From Candidatus Eiseniibacteriota bacterium (GTDB lineage: Bacteria > Eisenbacteria > RBG-16-71-46 > CAZAMP01), in the NCBI GenBank assembly GCA_965224245.1, contig OZ245046.1, positions 2,016,001 to 2,080,000 on the forward strand: a DNA stretch of 64,000 bases, in the 5' to 3' direction. Under the pieces are notes generated by a model that saw only the letters and a program-made list of their open reading frames with translations, did not search any database and was not told the DNA's origin. Of the stretch, positions 43,304 through 54,218 are shown in pieces. Position 1 is the stretch's first letter; each line of letters starts with the position of its first letter. Position numbers and translations under genes: made by a program.

Positions 43304-43332
43304 TTGACGGCGCCCGGCCACCCCTCTAGAAT
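43304..43332 (+). promoter_or_regulatory. Sigma70 promoter of lon
   Basis: TTGACG-N17-TAGAAT. Confidence 0.7.
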
Positions 43333-43388
43333 GCGTAACTCGCTTTTTGCGCGACGCCCTCATCCAACCGTGCAGGCTCGGAGGATCC

Positions 43389-45959
<2,571 letters not shown>

Positions 45960-45995
45960 CGTCCCGCGGACCGGCCCGTCGGCGCCAGCCGGGTC

Positions 45996-46931
45996 TCAGC
46001 GCGGTGCCGGCTCCGCCGCGAGGAGCGCGTCGGCGAAGTCCCCGGCATCGAACGGGAGCAGGTCGTCCACCCCCTCTCCGACCCCCACGTACCGCACCGG
46101 GAGCCCGAGCGTGTCGGCGATCGACACGACCACACCGCCCTTGGCCGTCCCGTCCAGCTTCGTCAAAACGAGGCCGGTGAGCGGAAACGCGTTCTGGAAC
46201 TCGCGGGCCTGCTGGATGGCATTTTGACCGGTCGTCCCGTCGAGGACCAGCCACGTGTCGTGCGGGGCGCCCGGGAGCGCTTTCCCGATGACCCGGTGGA
46301 TCTTCCTCGCCTCGTCCATGAGGCCGACCTTCGAGTGGAGCCGGCCGGCGGTGTCGACGAGCACGATGTCCATCTCGCGGGCTCGCCCGGCGCTGACGCC
46401 ATCGAACGCCACCGCCGCGGGGTCGGAGCCGGATCGGCTCTGAACGATCTCCACGCCGGCCCGGGACGCCCACAGCGAGAGCTGCTCGTTGGCCGCCGCG
46501 CGGAACGTGTCGGCCGCGACGACGAGAACCCGCCTCCCGTCCGTGCGGAGCCGATGCGCCAGCTTGCCGATCGTGGTCGTCTTTCCCGTGCCGTTGACGC
46601 CGACGATCATCACGACGCGGGTCGGGACGTCCTCGGTGGGCTCGTCGCCGGCACCAGAGGTGGAGCGCTCGAGGATCGCGCGGATCTCGCGGGTCAGGAC
46701 GACCCGGGCCCAGTCGTCCGACTCGACGTCGTGGCCCGAGGCGCGGCGCAGCGCGTCGAGGAGCTTCTCGGTCGTCTCGAACGCCACGTCCGCGCGCAGG
46801 AGCGCTTCCTCCAGCGCGTCGGCGTCGTCCTCGGAGAGCCGGCGCGCCCCGCCCAGGCGATCGAGCGTGCCGGCGAGGCCATCGCGTGTCTTCTGAAGCC
46901 CGTCGCGTAAGCGGCGAAAGAGCCCCTTCAT
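45996..46931 (-). CDS. ftsY: SRP receptor FtsY
   Basis: GVNGTGKTTTIGKLA, DTFRAAA, DTAGR, TKLDGTAKGG. Confidence 0.97.
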   Translation of the reverse strand: MKGLFRRLRDGLQKTRDGLAGTLDRLGGARRLSEDDADALEEALLRADVAFETTEKLLDALRRASGHDVESDDWARVVLTREIRAILERSTSGAGDEPTEDVPTRVVMIVGVNGTGKTTTIGKLAHRLRTDGRRVLVVAADTFRAAANEQLSLWASRAGVEIVQSRSGSDPAAVAFDGVSAGRAREMDIVLVDTAGRLHSKVGLMDEARKIHRVIGKALPGAPHDTWLVLDGTTGQNAIQQAREFQNAFPLTGLVLTKLDGTAKGGVVVSIADTLGLPVRYVGVGEGVDDLLPFDAGDFADALLAAEPAPR

Positions 46932-46958
46932 GCATCCCCCCGGTTCGTGCGGGCGCGC

Positions 46959-46987
46959 AGGCTAGCACGCGGGCTCCGGGGGGTCAA
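46959..46987 (-). promoter_or_regulatory. Sigma70 promoter of ftsY
   Basis: TTGACC-N17-TAGCCT. Confidence 0.5.
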
Positions 46988-47051
46988 ACGCCGGGATCCG
47001 ACGCGTACGGGCATCGGCACCGACACCCGGCACGGGCCGGGCTCCGCGCGC

Positions 47052-47080
47052 TTGAGCGCCCACGCCGCGCCGGCTAGAGT
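47052..47080 (+). promoter_or_regulatory. Promoter of the GIY-YIG gene (probably leaderless)
   Basis: TTGAGC-N17-TAGAGT, followed by 7 nt and then ATG 47088. Confidence 0.5.
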
Positions 47081-47087
47081 CCGCCGC

Positions 47088-48494
47088 ATGACGCTCCCCG
47101 ACGGCTCCGAGCGCGCCGAGACGCTCCTGGATCGCATTCACGCGCGGCTCGCGGAGTCCGGCCCTCTCCACTCCGAGGACCTCGCCACCGAGTTCCTGCG
47201 CCTGACGAGTGGCGTCGGTGGCGGACGCCTGATCGACCGGATGCTCACCGGTCAGCGTGACTTCGCCCGAACGCCCGACGCGCGGTGGGCCGCGCGGCCG
47301 AAGCCGCCGCGGGAGCTGACCGAGACGTCGTTCGTGTGCGTGGCGGTGGACGTCGCGCCCGGTGGCGCGATCCATCGAGGCGCCGCGCTCGCCATGCGCG
47401 GCTCGGACACCGAGATGCGATGGCGCGCCGAGACACCCTCTGATGTGGACCCGCGCGCGCTCCTGGACGCGCTCCGCGGAGGCGTCATCGTGGCCGAGCA
47501 CGCCCCGTCGCTCTGGCGCTGGGTCCGCGCGAACACCGATGCCGAGATCGCCGACTACCCCGCGCTCTCGCTCGGCCGGCTCGCCACGGGGCTGTTTCCC
47601 GACGCCGGTATCTCGGCGCTGGACGATCTCGCCGAGCGGCTCGGGATCGCCACACCCCGGTCCGACGAGCTCGCGATGCGCGCGGCGCGCGTGGCCGACA
47701 TCCTCACGGCCGCGATCGAGACCGCGGCGCTGGCGGGGGCACGATCGCTGCACGACCTGATCGCGCTTCAGTACACCGGAGCGAACGCGGTGGATTTCTC
47801 GCGGTTCGCATTCGACGAGTCCGCCATCCGAGCGCTCCCGGACACCCCGGGCGTCTACGTGATGCGCGACCACGAGGGCGAGTGTCTCTACGTGGGAAAG
47901 GCGCGCGCGCTCCGGACCCGCGTGCGCTCGTACTTCTATCCGGTCACCGCGCGCGATGCGAAGCTCGAGCGCCTCCTCGGCGCGCTGTACGACCTGGAGA
48001 CCCACGACGCGGACTCCGAGCTGGCGGCGCTCCTCCTCGAGCACGAGATGATCGAGCGATTGCGTCCGGAGGTGAACACGCAGCGCGACGTGCACGGAGG
48101 CGACGTGGCCGTCGTGCCGGCGGTCATCGTCGAATCCGCGTCCGAGGCGGGCTCGGTGTCGCTGATCGGCGTGACGCGGGTGCGCCTTCACCGGTGTGTC
48201 GTGGCCGTCGAGGCGCTCGATGCCGTCGAGATCGAGGCGTGGCTCGGCGATGTGCTGGCCGACCTCGACTCCGGCGCCGATCGCACCGAGTCGCGGCACT
48301 CGCAGCCGACCGCCGAGGGGATCGCACCCGCCCCGGACGACGTCGTGATCGCGGCCCGCTACCTCGCCCGACACCGCGATGCCCTCACGTGGCTCGATCT
48401 CAGGCAGGTCCCCGAGCCGGGTCTCGGAGCCGATCGGCTGGCCACGCTGATCGCGTCGCGGCTGGCCGGTCCCGCGCCCGTCCGGGCCGTCTGA
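47088..48494 (+). CDS. Degenerate DnaQ-like domain fused to a UvrC/Cho-type GIY-YIG endonuclease
   Basis: LPDTPGVYVMRD..LYVGKARALRTRVRSYF..ELAALLLEHEMI..PEVN. Confidence 0.8.
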   Translation: MTLPDGSERAETLLDRIHARLAESGPLHSEDLATEFLRLTSGVGGGRLIDRMLTGQRDFARTPDARWAARPKPPRELTETSFVCVAVDVAPGGAIHRGAALAMRGSDTEMRWRAETPSDVDPRALLDALRGGVIVAEHAPSLWRWVRANTDAEIADYPALSLGRLATGLFPDAGISALDDLAERLGIATPRSDELAMRAARVADILTAAIETAALAGARSLHDLIALQYTGANAVDFSRFAFDESAIRALPDTPGVYVMRDHEGECLYVGKARALRTRVRSYFYPVTARDAKLERLLGALYDLETHDADSELAALLLEHEMIERLRPEVNTQRDVHGGDVAVVPAVIVESASEAGSVSLIGVTRVRLHRCVVAVEALDAVEIEAWLGDVLADLDSGADRTESRHSQPTAEGIAPAPDDVVIAARYLARHRDALTWLDLRQVPEPGLGADRLATLIASRLAGPAPVRAV

Positions 48495-48603
48495 TCACCT
48501 GATCACCCGGTCGCCGGTCCGCACGAGCGAGCCCCGACGTCGACCCCCGGGGCCACCGAGACCCTCGACGCTGTGCGCGCGATCGCCTCGCGCCCGGACG
48601 ACG

Positions 48604-48639
48604 AAAAACGGGCACGGCCGTCGAGACGACCATGCCCGC
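48604..48639 (-). terminator. Intrinsic terminator after tRNA-Leu
   Basis: Minus strand CGGGCATGGTCGTC-TC-GACGGCCGTGCCCG-TTTTT. Confidence 0.8.
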
Positions 48640-48646
48640 TCACGAT

Positions 48647-48731
48647 TGGTGCCGGGGGCGGGACTTGAACCCGCACGGCTTGCGCCACACGCCCCTTAAA
48701 CGTGCGTGTCTACCAATTCCACCACCCCGGC
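48647..48731 (-). tRNA. tRNA-Leu, anticodon AAG
   Basis: GCCGGGGTGGTGGAATTGGTAGACACG-CACGT-TTAAGGG-GCGTG-TGGCGCAAGCCGT-GCGGGTTCAAGTCCCGC-CCCCGGC-ACCA. 85 nt, long variable arm, A73, encoded CCA. Confidence 0.93.
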
Positions 48732-48751
48732 GACACTGGCGTCGCGTTCGA

Positions 48752-49261
48752 TCAGTTGCCCGGTGTGTCGCTCCCGGCGGCGCCGCCTTCGGCGGGAGGC
48801 GTCTCGGCCGGCGCCGACTCGGCCGGCGACGACTCGCCCCCGATGGGCGGAAGCGTGAGCGTGCCTTCGCCGGCGCCGGTCGGTGTCTCACCGGCGGGCG
48901 GAAGGTCGGCCTCGGGCAGGCCCTCGAGCGGCGGCAGGCCGAGCTCGGTGCCCCCGGCTGCGGGCGCCATGGGCCGGAACTGGTCGATGATCTCCTGATC
49001 TCGCGACGAGCCGGAGCCGCCGAGCACGCCGCTGAGCAGGAACAGGCTCAGCGAGGTGGCCATGAACGTCGCGCCCAGCACCTGGGTCGTGCGGGTCAGG
49101 AAGTCGCCCGCGCCCCGGCCGCCGAACATCGCCTGGGATGCGCCCGCCCCCCCGAAGGCGCCGGCCAGACCGCCACCCTTGCCCGACTGGAGGAGCACGA
49201 CGATCAGGAGGCAGATGGCGACCATCACGTGGATCGTCATCAGCAACCAGTAGAGAATCAT
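48752..49261 (-). CDS. secG: Preprotein translocase SecG (with an acidic C-terminal tail)
   Basis: VLLQSGKGGGLAGAFGG..LTRTT; tpiA-secG-tRNA-Leu synteny. Confidence 0.93.
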   Translation of the reverse strand: MILYWLLMTIHVMVAICLLIVVLLQSGKGGGLAGAFGGAGASQAMFGGRGAGDFLTRTTQVLGATFMATSLSLFLLSGVLGGSGSSRDQEIIDQFRPMAPAAGGTELGLPPLEGLPEADLPPAGETPTGAGEGTLTLPPIGGESSPAESAPAETPPAEGGAAGSDTPGN

Positions 49262-49308
49262 ACAGTTACCTCGGATTGCGAACCGTCGGTCCGTTCAAAG
49301 CGAGGGGA

Positions 49309-49337
49309 ACAGTATCACCTGCCCCCTCCGGGGTCAA
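49309..49337 (-). promoter_or_regulatory. Sigma70 promoter of secG-tRNA-Leu
   Basis: TTGACC-N17-TACTGT. Confidence 0.55.
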
Positions 49338-50095
49338 CGCCGACGGGGGACCGCCTCCACGATCGCGGCGAAGGCCGCGGCGTCCAGGCTTGCCCCGCCG
49401 ACGAGCGCGCCGTCGACCCCGTCCGCGGCCAGGAGCTCCGCCGCATTCCTCGCGTTCACGCTCCCGCCATAGAGGATCCGGACGTGGCGCGCCCACTCGG
49501 CGGTCTGGGCACGCGCGGCGACCCGGCGCAGGATGCCGTGCGCATCGGCCGCGATCTCGGGGGTCGCGGTGCGACCGGTGCCGATCGCCCACACCGGCTC
49601 GTAGGCGATCTCGAGCGCCCGGCCGTCCAGATCGAGCCCGTCCAGGGCGGAGACGAGCTGGTGCTCCAGCACCGCCTCGGTGAAGCCGTCCTCGCGCTCG
49701 GCCTCGGTCTCCCCCACGCACACGATGGGCGTGAGACCGGCCGCCAGAGCGGCCTCCGTCGTCCGGCGCACGACCGTGTCGGTCGCCCCGAAGAACTGGC
49801 GCCGCTCGGAGTGTCCGACCAGCACGTACCGGGCACCCAGCTCGGCAATCATGCCCATCGAGACCTCACCGGTGAAGGCGCCCTCCGTCTCGAAGTGGGC
49901 GTGCTGTGCCCCCGGCGCCACCGGTGACCCACGGAGCACGCCGGCGACCGCGCCGAGGTGCGGGAACGGGGGGCAGACCAGAACGTCGGCACGCGCGCCG
50001 TCCGAGACGGACGCGGCCACGGCACGGGCCAGCTCGGACGCGGTGTCCAGCGTTCCGTGCATCTTCCAGTTGCCCGCGATCAGCGGGCGCGTCAC
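49334..50095 (-). CDS. tpiA: Triosephosphate isomerase
   Basis: AGNWKM, GHSERR, AYEPVWAIGTG, LVGGASL. GTG overlaps the pgk stop. Confidence 0.97.
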   Translation of the reverse strand: MTRPLIAGNWKMHGTLDTASELARAVAASVSDGARADVLVCPPFPHLGAVAGVLRGSPVAPGAQHAHFETEGAFTGEVSMGMIAELGARYVLVGHSERRQFFGATDTVVRRTTEAALAAGLTPIVCVGETEAEREDGFTEAVLEHQLVSALDGLDLDGRALEIAYEPVWAIGTGRTATPEIAADAHGILRRVAARAQTAEWARHVRILYGGSVNARNAAELLAADGVDGALVGGASLDAAAFAAIVEAVPRRR

Positions 50096-51294
50096 GGCCG
50101 CCACTCCGAGAGCGCGGCAACCCCGGGAAGCGTCTTGCCCTCGAGGAGCTCGAGCGCGGCCCCGCCACCGGTGGAGACGTGGCTCATCTCGGCGGAGAGC
50201 CCCGACTGAGCCACCGCGGCCGCGGAGTCGCCCCCGCCGATCACCGTGGTCGCGCCGGCCCGCGTTCGGGCGGCCAGGAGGCGCGCCACGGACATCGTGC
50301 CCTCGGCATAGGCCGGAACCTCGAATACGCCCATCGGCCCGTTCCACACGATCGTCTCGGCCGGGCAGAGCGCCTCCTCGATCGCGGCGATGGTCTTCGG
50401 CCCGATGTCGACGCCCAACACGTCGTCGCCGATCGCGGTCACCGGGACCACCCGGCCCGGATCGCGGCCGTCGATGCCGGACGCCACGCGGCAGTCCTCG
50501 GGGAGCACCACGCGGACGCCGCGCTCGCCGGCGTCGGCGAGCACGCGACTGGCCGTCTCGACGAGATCGTTCTCCACGAGCGATCGCCCCACGCGCACAC
50601 CCTTCGCCACGAGAAACGTGAACATCATGGCGCCCCCCAGGACGAGCGTGTCCACGCGCGACAGGAGCGACTCGATCACCTCGAGCTTCCCGCTGACCTT
50701 CGCGCCGCCCAGGACGGCGGCGTAGGGGCGCGCCGGGGACGCCATGAGCTGAAGCAAGTAGTCCAGCTCCTTCTCCATCAGGAGGCCGGCCAGTGAGCGG
50801 TCGACGTGGGCGGTCACGCCGACGGTGGACGCGTGCGCGCGGTGCGCGGTTCCGAAGGCGTCGTTGATGAAGCTCCGATCGGTCAGCGCGGCGAGCCCGC
50901 GCGCGAACACGGAGTCGTTGTCGGTCTCCTCGGCGTGGAACCGCAGGTTCTCGATGAGGAGCACGTCGCCGGCCCCGAGCGCACGGGCACGGCTCTCGAC
51001 GACCTCGCCCACGCAGTCGGTGACGAAGCCGACCGGCCGGCCGAGCAGCTCCGCGAGTCGCACCGACACCGGAGCCAGGCTCAGCTCGGGAACGTGCCGT
51101 CCCTTGGGACGTCCCAGGTGGCTCATCAGGACGACGGCGTTGTCCTGCTCCACGAGCCGCCGGATGGTGGGCAGCGCGGCCTGGAGCCGCGTGTCGTCGG
51201 CCACGACACCATCTCGAAGGGGAACGTTGAAGTCGACGCGCACGAGCACCCGCTCGCCGCGGACGGGCGTGTTCTGAAGCGTTTGTCTGGCCAA
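50092..51294 (-). CDS. pgk: Phosphoglycerate kinase
   Basis: RVDFNVP, SHLGRP, NDAFGTAHRAHAS, WNGPMGVFE, STGGGA. Confidence 0.97.
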   Translation of the reverse strand: MARQTLQNTPVRGERVLVRVDFNVPLRDGVVADDTRLQAALPTIRRLVEQDNAVVLMSHLGRPKGRHVPELSLAPVSVRLAELLGRPVGFVTDCVGEVVESRARALGAGDVLLIENLRFHAEETDNDSVFARGLAALTDRSFINDAFGTAHRAHASTVGVTAHVDRSLAGLLMEKELDYLLQLMASPARPYAAVLGGAKVSGKLEVIESLLSRVDTLVLGGAMMFTFLVAKGVRVGRSLVENDLVETASRVLADAGERGVRVVLPEDCRVASGIDGRDPGRVVPVTAIGDDVLGVDIGPKTIAAIEEALCPAETIVWNGPMGVFEVPAYAEGTMSVARLLAARTRAGATTVIGGGDSAAAVAQSGLSAEMSHVSTGGGAALELLEGKTLPGVAALSEWRP

Positions 51295-51435
51295 CGTGCG
51301 TCACTCCGGCGGCGACCGCCGCATCGCGGATCCGCCGAGCGGATCCCAGCCGACCCTGGCGCGGGGCCAGGCGACTCGGAGACGACCCGAGACGATCGCC
51401 CCCACACGACCGAAGCAGCCGCGGCGCGGGCGTCC

Positions 51436-53022
51436 TCAGAGGATGCCGACCACCGAGCTGTAGGCGAGACGATAGATCCCCACGCCGTTCTCGTCCACCA
51501 GGATGAAGGCCATTCCGGTGCCGGGGGGATCCAGGCCGGGCATCAGCACGCCATTCGCGCTGTAGTACTTCCAGATCTCGAAGGCAGGGTTCGCGTTGAT
51601 GTATTTGCGATAGAGCTGCTCGAGTCGTGGGTCGTTCAGATCGACCAGGCCCGACAGCCCGCCCTCGATCTCGTCGCGGAACACGTCCGAGAAGGAATCG
51701 TCGCGACTCGGGATCCGCACCTTCACGATCTCGTCGGGCTCGCCGAAGCGGATCAGCAGTCGTCCACGATCGCTGAGCTTGCCGCCGTCCAGTCCCCTGA
51801 AGTCCCGCTCCGCCTGGCGCAGCCTCGCCTCGAACTCGGCTCGGGCCTCGTTCTCCGGCGTGCCCGGTGATGGATCCAGCGACTCCCAGAGCGCAGCCAT
51901 GTAGGCCGCCCGCTCACCGGGGGCCTTCGCCTCGAAGACCTCGAAGTCCCCCGGAGACAGGAGCACGCGCGCATCGTTCAGGACGGTCTCCTCGTCCTCC
52001 GCCCAGGCGTGGGCGTTCCACAGCACGTGGAAGTCCCCGTACGTCACGTCCAGCTCGCGGCCGTCGTCGTCGAGAAGCTCGATCGCAAGCGTGTAGGTCC
52101 CGGTGGGGTACTCGGAGACGTCGAAGCGCTGGATGCGGCCCGCGCGACCACCGTGCGACCGCTGCGTCTCCTCGGCCCGCATGACCTCGGTCCCCCGCGT
52201 GTCCAGGATGCGATACCGCACGCGGTTGGCCAGTGAGTCGCTCCGAAACCCCGAGTCGGGCGAGCGCCGGTAGATCTCGTAGTAGATCGGAAAGACGGAT
52301 CGCTCGGCTCCGTAGAAGCGCGAGGGCGCCGGCCGCACACCGACGCCGGCATGGACGCTCAGCGTCGAGAGCTCGACATCCGGACCGTCGAGATCCACGA
52401 CCGACGCGCCGAACAGGATCCCGCTCAGATCCGCTTCGGGTGACACGGCGCGATCCCTCGGAAGGAGGCCTCTGGCCTCGCCCGAGCGATGGGACTTCTT
52501 GAGGAGGCCGACCAGCGTCTTCTTCTGCGAGCGAGCGTCCTCGACGCGCACGTGGATCTCCGAGGGCGTGAAGTTGACGCGGCCTCGCATAACCCAGAGG
52601 CCCTTGGCGTCCGCCCGCCGCGTGGCCTGGAAGGAGCTCGCGAAGAGCCGGGGCTCGGCCGTGAACGTCCGCTCGGTCTTCCTCCGGTCGTCGCGCACGG
52701 TGACCTCGACGATCAGCTCGGCCCGGTAGCGTTGACCGGCGCGGACCCACTCGAGATCCACGTGCGGAACCGCCACCGCAACGTCGACGACTCGCTCGTC
52801 GTCCGCATCGCGGAACACCGCCGCGTCCGCGACGACGTGAAGGTCACCGGAGGCATGCACGGGCAGGACCGAGACGTCTCGCTCGAACGCTTCCTGCGCG
52901 TCCCACGCGCGCGCCGAGTCCACCGGCACCGCCGTGAACACCGTGGGCTCGGTCACCCCCGGCGCGGTCGCGGCCGCCAGCCAGGCGATCGCGCCGAGCC
53001 CCCGGAGTAGATGCCACCTCAT
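51436..53022 (-). CDS. Exported GWxTD-domain-like protein
   Basis: W..LDPSPGTPENE..EF..R...A...F..GKLSDRGRLLIRFGEPDEI..EIWKY; signal peptide. Confidence 0.8.
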   Translation of the reverse strand: MRWHLLRGLGAIAWLAAATAPGVTEPTVFTAVPVDSARAWDAQEAFERDVSVLPVHASGDLHVVADAAVFRDADDERVVDVAVAVPHVDLEWVRAGQRYRAELIVEVTVRDDRRKTERTFTAEPRLFASSFQATRRADAKGLWVMRGRVNFTPSEIHVRVEDARSQKKTLVGLLKKSHRSGEARGLLPRDRAVSPEADLSGILFGASVVDLDGPDVELSTLSVHAGVGVRPAPSRFYGAERSVFPIYYEIYRRSPDSGFRSDSLANRVRYRILDTRGTEVMRAEETQRSHGGRAGRIQRFDVSEYPTGTYTLAIELLDDDGRELDVTYGDFHVLWNAHAWAEDEETVLNDARVLLSPGDFEVFEAKAPGERAAYMAALWESLDPSPGTPENEARAEFEARLRQAERDFRGLDGGKLSDRGRLLIRFGEPDEIVKVRIPSRDDSFSDVFRDEIEGGLSGLVDLNDPRLEQLYRKYINANPAFEIWKYYSANGVLMPGLDPPGTGMAFILVDENGVGIYRLAYSSVVGIL

Positions 53023-53176
53023 CGGTCACCTCCCCTCGACGCGGGTCCCGCGCCACCGGCGCACCTCGCGTCGACTCGACGTGCCCCGAGGGGGAGAGTC
53101 GTCGTCGACGAAAACGGGGACGACGCCGTCGTCGCGGCACCGTCCCCGGGATGCGTCGTGCGTGTCCGCCTCGTTC

Positions 53177-54115
53177 CTAGAAGCTCAGCTCCAGGGAGAA
53201 TCGGTGCGCCTGACCGAGATCCTCCATGTCGGTGTACGCGTAGTCGACGCGCGCGTTCGAGGACACGCTGGCCGGGAACTCCACGCCGACGCCGGCCGCT
53301 ACGCCCTCGGAGTCGTAGCGGTAGTTGTAGCCGCCCCGTACGTGGAAGAAGCTCCGGAACGAGTACTCGGCGCCGAAGTTGCCGCGCTCCTGGTTGTCCG
53401 GCGGATGACTGAACTCCGCCGACGCGAGCAGCGCGTGCGAGTCGTCGCGGTACAGGTTCATCGACATGCCGACGCGGAAGGTCGTCGGGATCTTCACGTT
53501 GCGCTCCAGGAACTTCATGTCCGACCCGATGTTCGCGATCGTCATGCCGATCTTGAGCGAGCGGAAGCCGGTGTTGTACAGCGTGCCGAAGTCGAACGTG
53601 TACGCGGTCGCGGAGTAGTCGGCGAGCCCCTCGCGCACGTAGTACCCGCTCACGCCGGCCGAGAACTTGTCGGTCAGCGAGCGCGAGTAGGTCAGGCCGA
53701 ACGCCACGCTCCCGGCGTCGAAGAACTCCCCGGACTCGCCGACGTCGTCGAGCACCGTGCGCACGGGCTGCTCGTCCATGTAGAGCGAGCGTGCGCTCAG
53801 CGCCAGGGTGCCCGGCAACCAGTCGAACTGAAACGCGTACGCCGCCTGCGTCAGCGACACCTCGGCCGGCCACGCGACGTGATTGAACGACAGTGCATTG
53901 TCGGTGAGGCGAGCGACGCCGGCCGGATTCCAGAACACGGCGCTGGCGTCGTCGGCGACCGCCGTGTACGCCCCACCCATGCCGGCCGCGCGCGCGCCAT
54001 AGCCGATCTTCAGAAACTGAGCGCCGACGGTTCCGACCTTCTGGAACTCCTGGGCACTCGCGATCCCCGGCAGAACCAGGCCTGCGACGAGGATGATCCT
54101 CGAGACCCGTTTCAT
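53177..54115 (-). CDS. PorV/PorQ-family beta-barrel
   Basis: SD AAGGAGG. KVGTVGAQFLKIGYGARAAGMGGAY..FWNPAG; C-terminal HRFSLELSF. Confidence 0.85.
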   Translation of the reverse strand: MKRVSRIILVAGLVLPGIASAQEFQKVGTVGAQFLKIGYGARAAGMGGAYTAVADDASAVFWNPAGVARLTDNALSFNHVAWPAEVSLTQAAYAFQFDWLPGTLALSARSLYMDEQPVRTVLDDVGESGEFFDAGSVAFGLTYSRSLTDKFSAGVSGYYVREGLADYSATAYTFDFGTLYNTGFRSLKIGMTIANIGSDMKFLERNVKIPTTFRVGMSMNLYRDDSHALLASAEFSHPPDNQERGNFGAEYSFRSFFHVRGGYNYRYDSEGVAAGVGVEFPASVSSNARVDYAYTDMEDLGQAHRFSLELSF

Positions 54116-54218
54116 CCGTCCTCCTTGCCACCCCTCAGGTGTCCACCGCCGCTCGAGGCGGCAAACCAATCCCCGAGCGCGCGCCGGCGCGCCCCCGCCA
54201 TCGCCCCTGCGCGGGGAA

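Noticed and set aside
48495-48646. Island integrated at the tRNA 3' end
   Set aside because: The tRNA is followed directly by its terminator, and I saw no duplicated 3' end or integrase.
48694-48700. Reading the tRNA anticodon as TAA
   Set aside because: That register gives a GCACG/GGCGT stem with two mismatches. Only the AAG register pairs fully and fits G37.
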